Shown: positions 1-14,012 of the stretch, in pieces | How the letters are laid out: the number at the start of each line of letters is the position of its first letter | Position numbering within the stretch: position 1 is the first letter of the stretch | Origin: Squalus acanthias | Lineage: Eukaryota | DNA length: 64,000 bases | Assembly: GCA_030390025.1 (NCBI GenBank) | Contig: CM059432.1 | Span: 143,408,001 to 143,472,000, forward strand | Direction of reading: 5' to 3' | The notes under the pieces: model-generated | Told to the model about the DNA's origin: nothing | The model's database searches: none | The model's input: only the letters and a program-made list of their open reading frames with translations | Program-made: the position numbers and the translations under genes

Positions 1-1140
1 AATTTAACAACGGAATTGACAAGCAGCATCAAATCATCACACAGGAACATAGGAATTGCAGGACAAAAAAAGACCAACGTCCATCTAGTTCGCCTTTTAC
101 CAGCCTGGTAGTCAAATGAGACAACGATAATGGAGTTGTTGACTAATCATAGCAATCAATCTTTATCAATTAGCCTACAACAGACTCAGACATGAAGCAG
201 GGAAAACCTCCAGTGGTGGAGACTACTTACAAGTAGAATTTGATACATTTAGCAGAACTAGGGTTGCACACCCTCCCAGAGTCTCCAGGAATTAAAGATT
301 AATCTCCCAGACACTCATAGAAGAAAAATTATAGGGGCATTTCTTCTCTCGTTTCCCTCCAGCCAGACTCAACAACAAACAGCAAGGCCGCAACATGCCC
401 AGGATGGAAAGTAACCCTGGCGCATGCGCACTCTGGTAAAACCACGCGATGGATAGAGATGTTTCTCGAGCGCAGAGGATTATGGGTATCATAGCTACCA
501 TTAATAACTGATTATCGAGCATCCAATGGCGGGGCGTGGGAGTGAGTGGTTGGAGGTGCCACAAGTAGGCTGCTTGTGCAGATACTGGCTAGTTGCACTG
601 CAAAAGCCTTGGACAAGTGGGTCATCCACTTTTTTGGTTGGGAAGTTATGTGGGAAAGTGGAGAATATAAAAAAGGGGAAACTCAAAGTGAGCCATCTCA
701 GTTATGTTTGTCAATGACTATTACAAAGTTTGATGATTGAAATAATGCAAGTACAAGGTGTGTGTACGATGAAATATTGGGGTTTTGCAGTTAGTTATTC
801 TTAGTTATAACAATATTACTACCTCAAAGGGGGCAACAAGAGAAAGAGGATGTGGCCCACCTTCAAACTTTATTTAGGCACTGTTCGCACAGTGCAATGT
901 GCACAGGATAACATTTAGGTTTTTTTTGCGTGATTATATGGACATGGATCTACATAACCTGCACAAGGGCACAAAATTGAGATATATATATACTTTTTTT
1001 TTTTTAAGTTGAAGAAGTGGCACCGCACAACATCCTGCACGATGAAATGCTGGGACATGGGTTTCCACATGCTGAGCTCGTGATCTTGTGTGTGCTGCTG
1101 TGGAGAAGCCCTGAGTGGAAGGACAGGTGGTGAACAGGTA

Positions 1141-1881
1141 GGCCTGGATTTTGCAGTCAGCAGTGAAGTGACGCCGCTCACCGCTGACCTCTAAAGAAAG
1201 TTGCCCACAAACTCTGTGGCGTGAATTTCACATTTCCCGACGTTAATTTCATTCTGCCACTATCTATAGGGGATCTCTGGTGTCCAGCAACAGTAATCTC
1301 ATCAAGCAGGCTAAGCCGCCAAACAAATTGGAGAATTTTCAGATAGCAAACCAGGAAGTAACAAGCAGGTTTTATGATTTACTTTTTATAATTTTACAGA
1401 AAGCGAAATAAAGATATGGACATACACATGGGATTAAGGTAGAAGCTGAAGTATCATAAACAAACTTTTTTTAAAAAGTTAATATTTTAAAAATCTATGG
1501 AATTTTTATCATGGAATGGAGAAATTTGACATTCCACAAATATAAAATTAGTTTTTCAGGGCCAGAGAGGTTGTTCAGCAGTAATTATGACTTAGTACGC
1601 CATTTAAAGCCCAGCTACACCTCATCCAACAAGGCTTAACTTTTTCAAAGGTTTTTACAATGAGAATAGAGTGCAAAAAGTGGAAGTTCACATCAATTCA
1701 GTGATTTCGAATTGATTTCTGTCTGCGAGCGCACCCTGTGGAAAAGCAGGGTATCAGTGACAGCAACTTCTGGATTTCCGCGTTTAACTGCGCACGTGCG
1801 GACTCCAGAAGTTGCTGTCAGTTTTAGTAATGATGCCAACGCTGATAGTCTCGCCGTCATTACAACCGCAAATTCCGGGCC
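1141..1881. mobile_element. Non-autonomous DNA transposon (Harbinger-like MITE)
   Basis: Imperfect terminal inverted repeat (TIR) GGCCTGGATTTTGC / GCAAATTCCGGGCC; related copy at ~2543-4158. Confidence 0.6.
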
Positions 1882-2764
1882 ATAGAATCCTGCGCATGTG
1901 TTCAAGTACACAGAGCTCGTCCACTCTCCTCTCAACAGTGGTCTAAGTTGACAATTTAATTGCATATTCCCCATCTGCACTATGCAAACAATGCCAGTAC
2001 TGTATTGGCACTGCTTTTATAACAACTGCAAAACTTCCAGCTAAAGACCTCTGAGCCCAGCTCAGCTTGATATATTCAACTATCAGTATGGATGGATTGT
2101 AGTAGCATCATCCTTAGACCTAGTAAAGCAGAGCAGTTGCTGCTTTGGGCTTTGTGTTGCTTGCACTTAGATTCTAGTTACTGGTTTGTTGTTCCCAGAA
2201 CAGAAATGCACCAAAAACATCTCAAGCAAAACAAATTGAGTAGCTGCTCCCTACTCTCAGGAAAAAAAAATCAATAGTGGCAGTACAGCATTGCCAAATC
2301 CCTCAAGGGAGTCTGATGAAACAACAAGCAGTCAGCAAAAGAAGTTATGAAAGAATAATTACAGAACCTTGTGGACGTTTAAAAAAAACCAAAAACAGTT
2401 GTGTTGGCTGCGCATGTCGACTTAGTGTAAGTTATAGGACATCAGTGAATATCTGAACAGCGAATTATTTCTCCATCGAACTACCCTATCGAGCCATGAT
2501 CCTCTGGCTCAAGCTAGTGTATGAAAGTCCAGTCAACTTTCATACAAGATTTTGAGGTCAGCGGCAAAGGAACGATGCTCGCCGTTCACCTTGGTGACAG
2601 GTGCCCACAAAGTTGTTGTGGGCTCTAGAGCGCAGACTTGCGCTGATCGGGTGTCTGATTCAGCACGGTGCCCTCTACAAGGGATCTGTGGTGTCTGTGA
2701 GCAGAAAAAGAACCAGGGAGGCTCTTCAACCAATCAGATTGTAGAATCCTCACTGAGACACGCA

Positions 2765-3608
2765 GGGCTGGATTTTGAATCTGGGGTCGGGTTGGTGTCG
2801 GGAATCACACATTCTGGCTTGTGAACCCGCCTCCATCGAGATGTGGCCAACCCACTGTATTTTCCCTTGATTGACCTTGTTGAGCCCGCCCAGTGGGCTC
2901 AGCAGGTCAATTAAGGGACACCCGGCAACAGGTGACGTCACAGATTGACATTTCATCTGTCAAGAGCTTTTCACAGATGAAATATCAGCGTTTGACAGCT
3001 GCTTGAAGCTGTCAAACACTCAATATGATTTCTAACTTCAGTCCTTCCTCTCAGGCTGAGTTAGAAATCATTCCAGCACAGAAAACAGAAGGCTGCAGTG
3101 TTTGACAGAACCACGGCTTTCCTGCTTTCTGTGCCGGTGAGATTTCTAACTCCCGAGAACTGAAGGGCTGACACCTGCAGGAGGAAGTTAAGATAAGTAA
3201 AACTTTTTCCAACACTTAGCACTTACCTTACACACTTACCTCTGCACACATGCACCCATCACTCACCTGCCCACCGGACATATCGACCCCTCCAACCCCT
3301 GCAGACCCACGGCCCGCCCTGATAACTTGGCGTGGTTGCCACCTGTCGGGAAGCCCACACTTTTCTTTTTAAAATAGGGATTATGCAAAAAACTGCCTGT
3401 TAACTACCTGTTAACAGGCAGTTAATTGTCACTAATCCCTTCCCGCCTCGGGGAGTCGGGTCTCAGAACAGGTCGGGTACCCGCCGCCAGAGAAACTGGC
3501 ATGGAGGCGGGTTGGAGTCGGGATGGGGTCGAGACCCCCGAATCTGCAACTTTAACCCCCCCCCCCCGCCTCCAAACCCGACTCCACGGGTCACTGAAAA
3601 TCCAGCTC
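2765..3608. mobile_element. Harbinger-like MITE nested in another MITE (~2543-4158)
   Basis: TIR GGGCTGGATTTT / AAAATCCAGCTC; 3-bp TSD GCA. Confidence 0.7.
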
Positions 3609-4494
3609 GCAGTGTCTAAACCAGGAAGTATAAAGTAGCTTTAAATCATGTACAGAAAGTGGAACAAAGATTGGGAAAAGTGATGGGTTTGAGAGAGAGA
3701 GAGAGAGAGATAAAAGAGAGAGACAGAAAAAGTTTTTAAAAAGTACATTTAAAAAAAAATCTCCAACACTAATTAGCTTGAAGGAATGAGACTCCACACT
3801 TGCAAAATTAAATTTTCAGGGCTAGAGAGGTTGTTTGATAGTAATTATTATATATCATGCCATTAAAAATTCACTTACTCCTAAATGCATTAGCCCTAAC
3901 TTTTTCTGGTGTCTTTAGTGGGTAAATAGTGAGAAAGTACCGCAGCTTCACACCGTTGCATATATTTCAATGCCGAGTCTTTCGGCGAGGTTCTGTTGTA
4001 CCACAGCCTGTGGAGGAGCAGGGTAACTCTGACAGCAACTTCCGGATTTCCGCGTTTAACTGCACATGTGCATACTCCGGAACTTGCTGTCCGATTTACT
4101 CCATAATAGCGGCGAGCGCCATTAGCCTCACCGTTATTCTGAACGCAAAATCCAGGCCATTATCTCTGAGCCCCTCCACTCAATTGCCTTTCCCTAGCTA
4201 ACTTGCTCTTTCTTGCAACAGCTTTCTCAATGTCTTTCTTCTTTTTCATAACCCCAACTCAACTTCTCCTTTCATCCTATTAAACTCAGTTCCCCTTTGA
4301 TCCTTCTCGACATGAAAAAAGGCAAAATACAGAGTATTACTTTCAACAGCTCTTGCCCGCTACCTTCAAATACTGAAGGTAATTCTCCCTCTTTAAAGCC
4401 TACAGTTTTCCTCTGCTGTCAACAGTAAAAGTGACATTGAATGCAGAACCACTTCCAGATATCAGGCTGGAATTAATCTGCTCTCACCTTCCTT

Positions 4495-4930
4495 CACAGT
4501 GGCATAGTGGTTAGCACTGGTGCCTCACAGCGCCAGGGACCCGGGTTCGAATCTGGCCTCGGGTGACTGTCTGTGTGGAGTTTGCACATTCTCCCCGTGT
4601 CTGCGTGGGTTTCCTCCGGGTGCTCCGGTTTCCTCCCACAGTCCAAAAATGTGCGGGTTAGGTTGATTTGGCTATGATAAATTGACCCTTAGTGTTAGGG
4701 GGGGATTAAATATGTGGGGTTACAGGGATAGGATGGGATATGTTAGGGGGAATTAAATACGTGGGGTTACGGGGATAGGGTGGGATATGTGTCGGTGCAG
4801 GCTCGATGGGGATTCTGTGTGAGAAAGCAGGGACAGGGTACTGGATTTGGATGATCAGCCATGATCGTATTGAATGGTGGAGCAGGCTCGACGGGCCGAA
4901 TGGCCTACTCCTGCTCCTAGTTTCTATGTT
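4495..4930 (+). mobile_element. tRNA-derived V-SINE (HE1-like) with internal ~45-bp tandem duplication and CR1-type tail
   Basis: A/B boxes (TGGCATAGTGG..GGTTCGAATC); V-domain GTGGAGTTTGCACATTCTCCCCGTGTCTGCGTGGGTTTCCTCCGGGTGCTCCGG. Confidence 0.85.
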
Positions 4931-7705
4931 TCTCCTCAATATATTTTCTACAACCACTGGAAATAAGTTCAGATTTTATAAATTTCAAAAAAAGACCTCA
5001 ATCTAAGTTATACAATCACAGAAAGCAGCTTTTAACCAAAAAATAAGTCAACCTGTAAGGATAGCTGCCATTATTTTACTGTCTAAGGCAGTTCAACATT
5101 ATTCAAGGGCTTATTCGGTGGTGAACCACCGCCTAGTATTTATCCTCAAAATAAACAGCGATTATCACGCAAACTCAGTGAAAGTATTCAATAAGCCTTG
5201 CATCTAATCCTATATTGTAGCAACAGCCAGTAATGTCATGCTTCAGTGCTCCGCATATGCTAAAGCATGTGGGGAATGTCAAAGCAGATTAGATGAGAAA
5301 TAATTATTGTAACAAGCAAGCCAAAAAAGCAAGAGGGTAACACAGCACAGGAATGTTTTTGCAATTGCAATTGATAGCTACAACAACGGCTTATAACTTT
5401 TAGTAAATTTGATGTGCATTTTCTTAAATTGAACTGTTCAAGGATTTAGCTTTTGTACTGACAATGTTTTCACCTCCTAATACTGATTCTGAAACAAGAC
5501 GTAGTAATGCAACACAAAATGGCAAGCAACTTTTAAAAGAAAAACTGAAAAATCAGTTGCCATTTTGTAGTGATAAAGATGGTGACTTCACTGAAATTGG
5601 CGGCAGTAAAAGCTACCATCAGTGGCGGTGCGAGAGGCCCGTTTCACTGGAACTCTATGGAACAACTTGCAATTATTTAGCACCATTAACGTAGTAAAAC
5701 GTCCCAAGACGCTTCGCAGGAGCGATTATCAAACAAAATTTGACACTGAGCCACATAAGGAGATATTAGGACAGGTGACCAAAAGCTTGGTCAAAGAGAT
5801 AGGTTTTAAGGAGCGTCATAAAGGAGAGAGAGGAGAGAGAGGCGGAGAGGTTTAGGGAGGGAATTCCAGAGCTTGGGGCCCAGGCAGCTGAAGGCACGGT
5901 CACCAATGGTGGGGCGATGGAAATCGGGAGGTGCGCAAGAAGCCAGTATTGGAGGAGCGCAGAGATCTCGGAGGGTTGTAGCACTGGAGGAGGTTAGAGA
6001 GATAGGGAGGGGCAAGGCCACGGAGGGATTTGAAAACAAGTATTCAAAAGTGCGTGCATCAGAAGCCAGTTAAGGATTGCCTTTATATATTATTTGTGTC
6101 ATTTGACTCTAGCATTTGACATTTTATCCTTCATTTTAAGACTCCTGATGCTACCTGTTTAGCATCAGTGGTACAAATTAATTTCAGAGAATTCTGCAAT
6201 TGCATTTACCCTGTACATTCAAGAACAAGGAAACAAACTTAAAAAAAATTCTAGACAGATGGAATTCAATTAGTCTTTTCTCACGAATACAGAAGAGTTA
6301 ATCTAAAACGACTAATTTAATTTTTTCCTAGCATCTATCGCAGTCTATTATCATATTATTCAAACCAATATTACCTTCAAACTGCATCATGTCCCAATTA
6401 TTTTGCCATTAACACTTCGATATTTGCAGCACTGCTCAACTCGAATACCTTTTACACCTGCTCATACATTCTCATTAATCCTTAATGCTTGTAACCGACA
6501 CTTTCCGCAGCTTCCTCACAGACTTGCTTTTCCATAGCGTTTGATTCTGAGGTGCAGTGACTTCTGTAGGTGAATGTGGCAACCATTTTCTGCACAGCAA
6601 GATCCCACAAACAGCAAGGCGAAGAATGGCCAGCTAGCTTATTTTCTGGTGGCATTGGTTGAGGGAGGAATGTTGGCCAGGCCACTGAGAGAGCTCCCTG
6701 CTCTACTTTAAAAAGTGCCACGGGATTTTTAACATCCAACTGAATGAGATGCAACAGGCAGATGAGTTCTGGTTTAATGCGTCATCTCAAACTTTCATTA
6801 TCAACCAAGCTTCATAATATTCAGCTGTAGTCAAATGTTACAAAATTTATTTGAAAGTGAACATTTCCTGATTTATAGCATTAAATGAATATTTTTGAAT
6901 AGTTTTGGACTCTAAGGAAATCAAGGGATATGGGGATCAGGTGTGAAAGTGAAGTTGAGGTCGAAGATCAGCCATGATCTTATTGAATGGCGGAGCAGGC
7001 TCGAGGGGCCGTATGACCTACACCTGCTCCTAATTCTTATGCCTCCTTTGAGGATGTTACAGATAAACTAGATAGTGAAACTTCCATGATACAGTTTATT
7101 CGGATTTTCAGAATGCATTAGACAGAAGGTGCACATGAAAGAATCTAACTAAGCTAAAGCCACACATATCCAGAGTGGAACATGGGACTGAATGAGCAAC
7201 TGGTTAAAAAATAAATTATCAGGCTGAGGGAGAGATGGTGCTGAATGTAGCAATGAAACGAGGAATGCTTGGACCCATGTCATACTTGCCCATGTTAGTT
7301 ACGACAGAGAATGAAGGGGAGAATATATCCAGTCACTAGCATAATTAGTACAGCTATATTACTGTGGCATTTTATTTTTAAACCTTAGTGCTGTAGTTTT
7401 TCTCTTAGACCAACAGTAAAGACCTGCTTCAGTGTGTGAACAGGTGCAACAGATTCACAGCTCCTTAATGAAGAAATTAAAGTAGATTTTTAAGATGGAA
7501 AATTACTAAAGTTTTAGATTAGATGTGTTGCAACAATTCAGTATCAAGTCAAATTCAACTCTTTCCAGGCTACTCTTCCCACAGAAAGTGCAGTTATTTG
7601 AATTGAGTTTCCTTTATGAAGACAAAGGTGTAATCTCTCAAACCTTGAAATTATATATGCTGTAAAATTGTGAAGTTAAATGCAGATAAAATAAGACAAA
7701 CTTAC

Positions 7706-7860
7706 CAAAGTGATAGCCAGGTGCATTACTCTCTCATGCTGATCAATATAATAGACACTGTCTTGATACCACCTATCACAGTGCAGATAATTGTACATGC
7801 CAAAGACACACATATGGTCCAGAGTGTACTGATCCTCTCGAAGTTTAACTTCAGCTACAG
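7706..7860 (-). CDS. NUDCD1: NUDCD1 coding exon 2 ([52 protein letters not shown])
   Basis: Matches recalled human [40 protein letters not shown]. Polypyrimidine tract and AG acceptor at 7862-7861; GTAAGT donor at 7705; 155 nt. No exon 3 recognised within the window. Confidence 0.95.
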
Positions 7861-7940
7861 CTAAAAAATAAATCAGAAGCATGATCAGAATAACCAATAT
7901 GACAACTCAAATACAAATTTCTTCCTGCACTTGAGATTTT

Positions 7941-8586
7941 GGGGGGAAAATTGGGTCGCGTCCCCTTTGGGGCGCTAACTTCGCCGGGGCGCTACTTATA
8001 GCGCCCTGAAAAAATTAGCGCCCCCTGCGCCCGAAATTCACTGGTAGAGACCCAAGAGGGAGGCGGGGCATTACTGGAAGCGCCCCGCCTCCCTCTTGGG
8101 GCGCTGCGAGTGAATATCACTGCGCTACGTGCCGCAGCACAGCCTTCCTCCCCTTATTAAAGGGCAGGGGCCTAGCGCAGCATGACCCGGGGCCCAGCTG
8201 GGCCACCAGGGATCGGAGTGCCGGCAAAAGAGCCCGGCACTCAAAGCGCAGCCAGCACCCCATGGGGGGGCTGCACAGAAGGCCGGGGACAGCAACAGGG
8301 GCAGGTGCTGGCAGGTGGCCAGCAACAAAAATGGCCACCCGGCACCTCCCTTTTAACTTGCGCCGTCCCGACTGCAGGTAGGCCCCCCTGACCCTGTCGG
8401 ATATAGCGCACGGCGCTAAGCCAGGGGGCGCTACCGAAGATCGCAGCCGGGGCGCTGTGTGTGGCGATGACGTCATCACCGGAGGCATAGCGCCACGGGG
8501 CGCTAACGGTTACCGCCGCCGCTAACCTCCCGCTGAATTTCAGCGGAGGCGTTGGCGGCAGCGCTAACCAACCGAATTTTTCCTCC
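7941..8586. mobile_element. GC-rich Harbinger-like MITE
   Basis: TIR GGGGGGAAAATTGGGT / ACCGAATTTTTCCTCC; many GGCGCTAA submotifs; related to 14013-14905. Confidence 0.65.
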
Positions 8587-9149
8587 TTCATTTCTAGCTG
8601 GCTGCTAAACTGAATTCTTGCAAGGTCTGAATCAGAATAACAAAATGCAATGACACTTAAAAAAAAAAATCAACACCTATGAGACATAATAAAAGTCACT
8701 ACAATGACTGTACTCTTACAGTCTATCCCCAACTAAATTTGCAACTATTGTGTGCGAGGTTTCGTAACTCGTTTCAATACCAGGCCCTATATTACTTGCC
8801 ATGTCTATGTTTGGGGACACACACACACACACTCTCTCTCTCTCTCTCTCTCTAGCGGTAGCGTCTAGGGTATGGGGTCACCACTGGTGAAAATGGATGG
8901 TTAACCGTGTTTGAATTTAACAGGTAGAAACTAATGGACTCTTGAAATGCCACACTATAACCAAAGGGTTGACACCATAATCCCGAATAGATATGCTAGC
9001 TCTCAAACCATTTGGTATTAAATCAATACAGCACATGATTGTGAATGGCTTACAGCATGTATTAGTATTTGCTGTGCTTACGCAGCAGGGTTTGCGCAAA
9101 CAACTAGAAGTTGACTTCTAAAGTCAAAGCTCATTGCCAGCACACTATG

Positions 9150-10460
9150 TTGAAATTAAGAAAGGTGAGAGAGGGACGCCAGGAAATTATAGACCAGTTA
9201 GCCTAACATCTGCTGTCGGGAAATTACAAGAGTCTATAATTAAGGATAGAGTGACTAAACACCTTGAAAATTTTCAGCTGATCAGAGAGCCAGCATGGAT
9301 TTGTAAAGGGTAGGTCATGCCTGACGAACCTGATCGCATTTTCTGAAGAGGTGACTAAAGTAGCAGACAGGGGAATGTCTATGGATGTTATTCATATGGA
9401 CTTCTCGAAGGCATTTGATAAAGTTTCTCATAAGAGACTGTTAGCTAAAGTTGAAGCTCATGGAATTGAAGGCAAATTATTGACCTGGTTAGGAGATTGG
9501 CTAAGCGGCAGGAGACAGAGAGTAGGGATAATGGGCAGGTACTCTAATTGGCAGGATGTGACTAGTGGTGTCCCACAAGGATGTGTTGGGGCCTCAACTG
9601 TTCACCGTATTTATTAACAACTTAGCTGATGGGATAGAAAGCCATATATCCAAGTTTGCCGATGACACAAAGATAGGTGGCATTGTAAGCAGTGTAAATG
9701 GAAGCATAAAATTACAAAGGGATATTAATAGATTAAGCGAATGGGCAAAACTGTGGCAAATGTGAGGTCATCCACTTTGGACCTAAAAAGGCTAGAACAA
9801 AGTACTTTCTAAATGGTGAAAAATTAGAAACAGTGGAGGCCCATGTACATAGATCATTAAAATGTCATGGACAGGTACAGAAAATAATCAAAAAGGCTAA
9901 TGGAATGCTGACTTTTATATCCAGAGAACTAGAATACAAGGGGATAGAAGTTATGCTACAGCTATAAAGCCCTGGTTAGACCACACCTGGAGCACTGTGA
10001 GCAGTTCTGGGCACCACACCTTAGGAAGGATATATTGACCTTGGAGGGAGAGCAGCGTAGGTTTACCAGAATGATACCCGGACTTCAAGAGTTAAATTAG
10101 AGGAGCGATTACACAAACTAGGTTTGTATCCCCTGGAATTTAGATGGTTAACGGGTGGTTTGAAGATATTAAGGGGAATTGATAGGGTAGAGAGAGAGAA
10201 CTATTTCCGCTGGTTGGGGAGTCTAGGACTAGGGGGCATAGTCTAAAAATTAGAGCCAGGCCTTTCAGGAGTGAAGTTAGGAAACACTTCTACACACAAA
10301 GCGTGGTCGAAGTTTGGCACTCTCTTCAGCAAACGGCAACTGATGCTGGGTCAATTGTTAATTTTAAATCTGAGATTGATAGATTTCTGTTAGCCAAAGG
10401 TATTATGGGATGTGGGACAAAGACGGGTTTATGGAGTTAAGTCACAGATCAGCCATGGTC
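9150..10460 (+). mobile_element. CR1 LINE ORF2 3' fragment
   Basis: MDFSKAFDKVSH, SGVPQG, KFADDTKIGG. Confidence 0.9.
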
Positions 10461-11297
10461 TGATATTTTCTATCTCTCTCTCTCTCTCTCTGTTCCAAGT
10501 GTGCATATTATATATACTATCTCAAATTATGCCCATAGCAAAGAAACTTTTATGTATTTAAATATAAAGTTACTGACTTCCAAGAAACTCAAAGTTAATA
10601 TTAAATTGATTTTTGCAACAATTTACCACTTTGCACGATTTCCCCCACAGGAGAGGTTTTTAATTTAACAGCAAGGCTCTTATTTCCACAGGAGCACAGG
10701 CACATGTAGACATTACCTCAAGTCCTCTCAAGCTTCACTTAAAAGATGCTACATGCTTCCACTTGTGTAGAAGAGTGGAGTCAGATGCATTAGCCTCGAC
10801 CTTGAAGCCTAGGTCAGACTGTATCCCATTTCCAGCACCAGCTCACTTGACTAATTCCACAGGGCTTTTCTTTGGTGCCAATTTTCTTCCCTTCCTCTCC
10901 CCTGAAGGCGTTGACGCATGTTTCAGTACGGTTTTTATAGACACCACCAGCTTTCTGCTACGTCACCCAGGCGGTCATTCTTCACACGCGAACGGGGACA
11001 GTGAAGGCAGGCTATTTGACCGTGAAGAACAGCTTAGCCATGTGCGATCATGTACTCGCCCAATGTCCATGCTTTTCTGCAGAAGACACTGGATGGCGAT
11101 CATTAGAGAACGCCGGCAGATTTTGCTCCCTCTCTAGTCCAGGAATTGAACCTGGGATTTACTGGGCTGCACGGCTTGGCAATGTAGAAGATTGGGTGGT
11201 GCCTTTATTCACTAAGCCATCAAGAAAACTTCATTCCATTTTAATTCATGTTTAATGTTCTTCATAATGTCTTAGCTAATTGATTTTTTTTAAATGA

Positions 11298-11960
11298 CCA
11301 CCTGGAGTACTGCATACAGTTTTGGTGTCCATACTTAAGAAAAGACATACTTGCTCTCGAGGCAGTACAAAGAAGGTTCACTCGGTTAATTCCGGGGATG
11401 AGGGGGTGGACATACGAGGAGAGGTTGAGTAGATTGGGACTCTACTCATTGGAGTTCAGAAGAATGAGAGGCGATCTTATTGAAACATATAAGATTGTGA
11501 AGGGGCTTGATCGGGTGGACGCGGTGAGGATGTTCCCAATGATGGGTGAAACTAGAACTAGGGGACATAATCTTAGAATAAGGGGCTCCTCTTTCAAACC
11601 GAGATGAGGAGAAACTTTTTCACTCAGAGGGTAGTGGGTCTGTGGAATTTGCTACCCCAGGAAGCTGTGGAAGCTACTTCATTAAATAAATTTAAAACAG
11701 AAATAGACCGTTTCCTAGAAGTAAAGGGAATCAGGGGTTACGGGGAGCGGGCTGGAAATTGGACACGAGTTTGAGTTCGGTTCGGTCAAGGCCCTGTGGG
11801 TGGCGGAGCGGGCCCAGGGGCCGAGTGGCCTGGTCCTGCTCCTACTTCTTGAGTTGTTTAGAGTTGAGGTTGGATCAGATCAGCCATGATCTCATTGAAT
11901 GGTGGAGCAGGCTCGAGGGGCCGATTGGTCTACTCCTGCTCCTATTTCTTATGTTCTTAT
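11298..11960 (+). mobile_element. CR1 LINE 3' fragment
   Basis: YEERLSRLGLYSLEFRRMRGDLIETYKI; CR1-type 3' tail. Confidence 0.9.
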
Positions 11961-12056
11961 AGACAGCCATCATGTCACAAAAGACAAGATTTGGCAAATG
12001 AAAATAATAAATTTACACTCCTTATCCATGTACAGTATCTACAAGAAAGAAAGAAG

Positions 12057-12502
12057 GACTTGCATTTCTGTAGCGCCTTTCACAGCATCAGTACATCCCA
12101 AAGCACTTTACAGCCAAAGAGGCACTTTTGAAGTGTAGTCACTGTTGTAATGTAGAAACGTGGCAGCCAAATTGCGCACAGCAAGCTCCCACAAACAGCA
12201 ATGATATAATGACCTAATAATTTGTTTTATTAGTGATGTTGATTGAGGGATAAATGTTGGCCAGGACACCAGGAAGAACTCCCCCTGCTCTTCTTCAAAT
12301 AGTGCCATGGGATCTTTTACGTCCACCCAAGAGGGCAGACGGGGCTTCGGTTTAACGTCTCATCCGAAAGACGGCACAGCGCTCCCTCAGTACAGCACTG
12401 GAACGTCAGCCTGGATTATGGGCTCAAGTCACTGGAGTGGGGCTTGAACCCACAAGCTTCTGGCACAGAGGCAAGAGTGCCACCCACTAAACCACAGCTG
12501 GC
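12057..12502 (-). mobile_element. tRNA-derived Deu-domain SINE (SacSINE1-like) with L2-type tail; other copies at ~6540-6790, 13140-13350, 23375-23725, 29885-30315, 61033-61320, 62577-62875 (-) and 48030-48445 (+)
   Basis: Core CTTTCGGATGAGACGTTAAACCGA..GGACGTAAAAGATCCCATGGCACTATTTGAAGAAGAGCAGGGGAGTTC; tail shared with L2. Confidence 0.82.
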
Positions 12503-14012
12503 AAAATGCGGCGTTAGAACTGTGGCTGCACATATTATGGTTTTAAACTGATCAAGTCTAAATAGATTACACTGACCTCATACTATCCCCTTAACTTTAA
12601 ATACACTTAACTGAAATGGGTTTTGCTCTTGTTAAAGTCAATCACATACTGGTTCCTTTTGTATTTCTAGGTAACCTCTCAAGCTACTGTTTCAGTAGAC
12701 AACAGTAGAATCCACATAACTTTCCAAGATTGTTACACCAAGTTTAAAATAAACAGCAACTGTGCCACTTGAAAAGGAGAGCCTTGAGAATTCAAAAGGT
12801 GTTCTGAGAATTCAAGGACTGCCCTCTCTATCCCTCCCCACCAAAAAAAGTTTTAGAACTTTTCATTCATTTTGGATCAACATTTAGACAAAACTCCTCA
12901 GGCTCCGTTTCAAATTGATCTTTACTGCATCCAGCATGCTGATAAGTAATAAGTACTACAGTAATAGTCACTAATCAGCATAAAGCTATAACTTAAAAGC
13001 TGTATTAATGAAATGCCTAAAGCTTCATGTTACAAAGTGTCCATTGCAAAGATACCTAGGCATTTACAACTAATTTTCACTCAGTAACCTTTTCAAAATT
13101 AAAACTAAAAGGATCTAAAGGTGGTGAAGCAATCTGAAGTGCTTTTGAAGTGTAGTCACGGTTGTAATATAGGAAATGCAGCAGCCAATCTGCGCACAGC
13201 AAGCTCCCACAAACAGGAATGTGACAATGACCAGATAATCTGTTTTAGTGATGTTGATTGAGGACTAAATATTGGCCAGGACACCAGGGAGAACTCCCCG
13301 GCTCTTCTTTGAAATAGTGCCATCGGATCTTTTACGTCCACCTGAGAGGGGAGACAGAGCATAAAGTCAGCGTTGGGCAAAGGCTTTGACAACTAATGCC
13401 AGCCGCATAGGGAGAGAGGAGAGGCGAGGTCGGGGCTGGGTAGGCTCAAGGACGCCTTGCGGGGCCTGGGATGGGGAAGAGGAGAAACTACTCCTGCTCT
13501 TCCTGGCCCACAAAGATTTTGCACAGAAGTAATTTTTCAAAACTTACTTTGGCCTCTTCCAGCCACTCGCGCCTCCCGCTGTGGCTCGGCTTTTGGGTTA
13601 GACACCGGACAGGTCTCCCCCGACACACCGGGAAAATCACGTCGTGGCACTGAATACGTCAGCAGGCCATGTCTTTTGAATATAAATGAGGCCCTTGCTT
13701 GCCTGCAGCGGGAGCCTTGGCCGACTTCAAAGTCGGCGCAGATACGATGGCGTCACACAGGAACAGAGCAACCTCGGGCTGGTAAATGGACTCGGCCTGA
13801 TCTTAACTCCCCCCCCTCCCCACGCACCATGCTCGCAGGGCAAGAGGGGGGGTTAAAATCAAGCCCATAGTGTTGTGGGGTTGGAGACAGAATTCATTGG
13901 GGTGCAGAAGACTTGTGGGGAGGGAAGAACTCATGTGGGCTGGACATCCTGGTTTACCTGGAAGAGAAGGGATGATTGATGTCAGGATTTAGCGACCCAC
14001 GTTAAAAACAGA

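Noticed and set aside
4498..4560. tRNA-like sequence
   Set aside because: SINE head with no complete cloverleaf.
7941..8591. CpG-island-like region with several ORFs
   Set aside because: Explained by a TIR-bounded MITE related to 14013-14905, not a promoter or gene.
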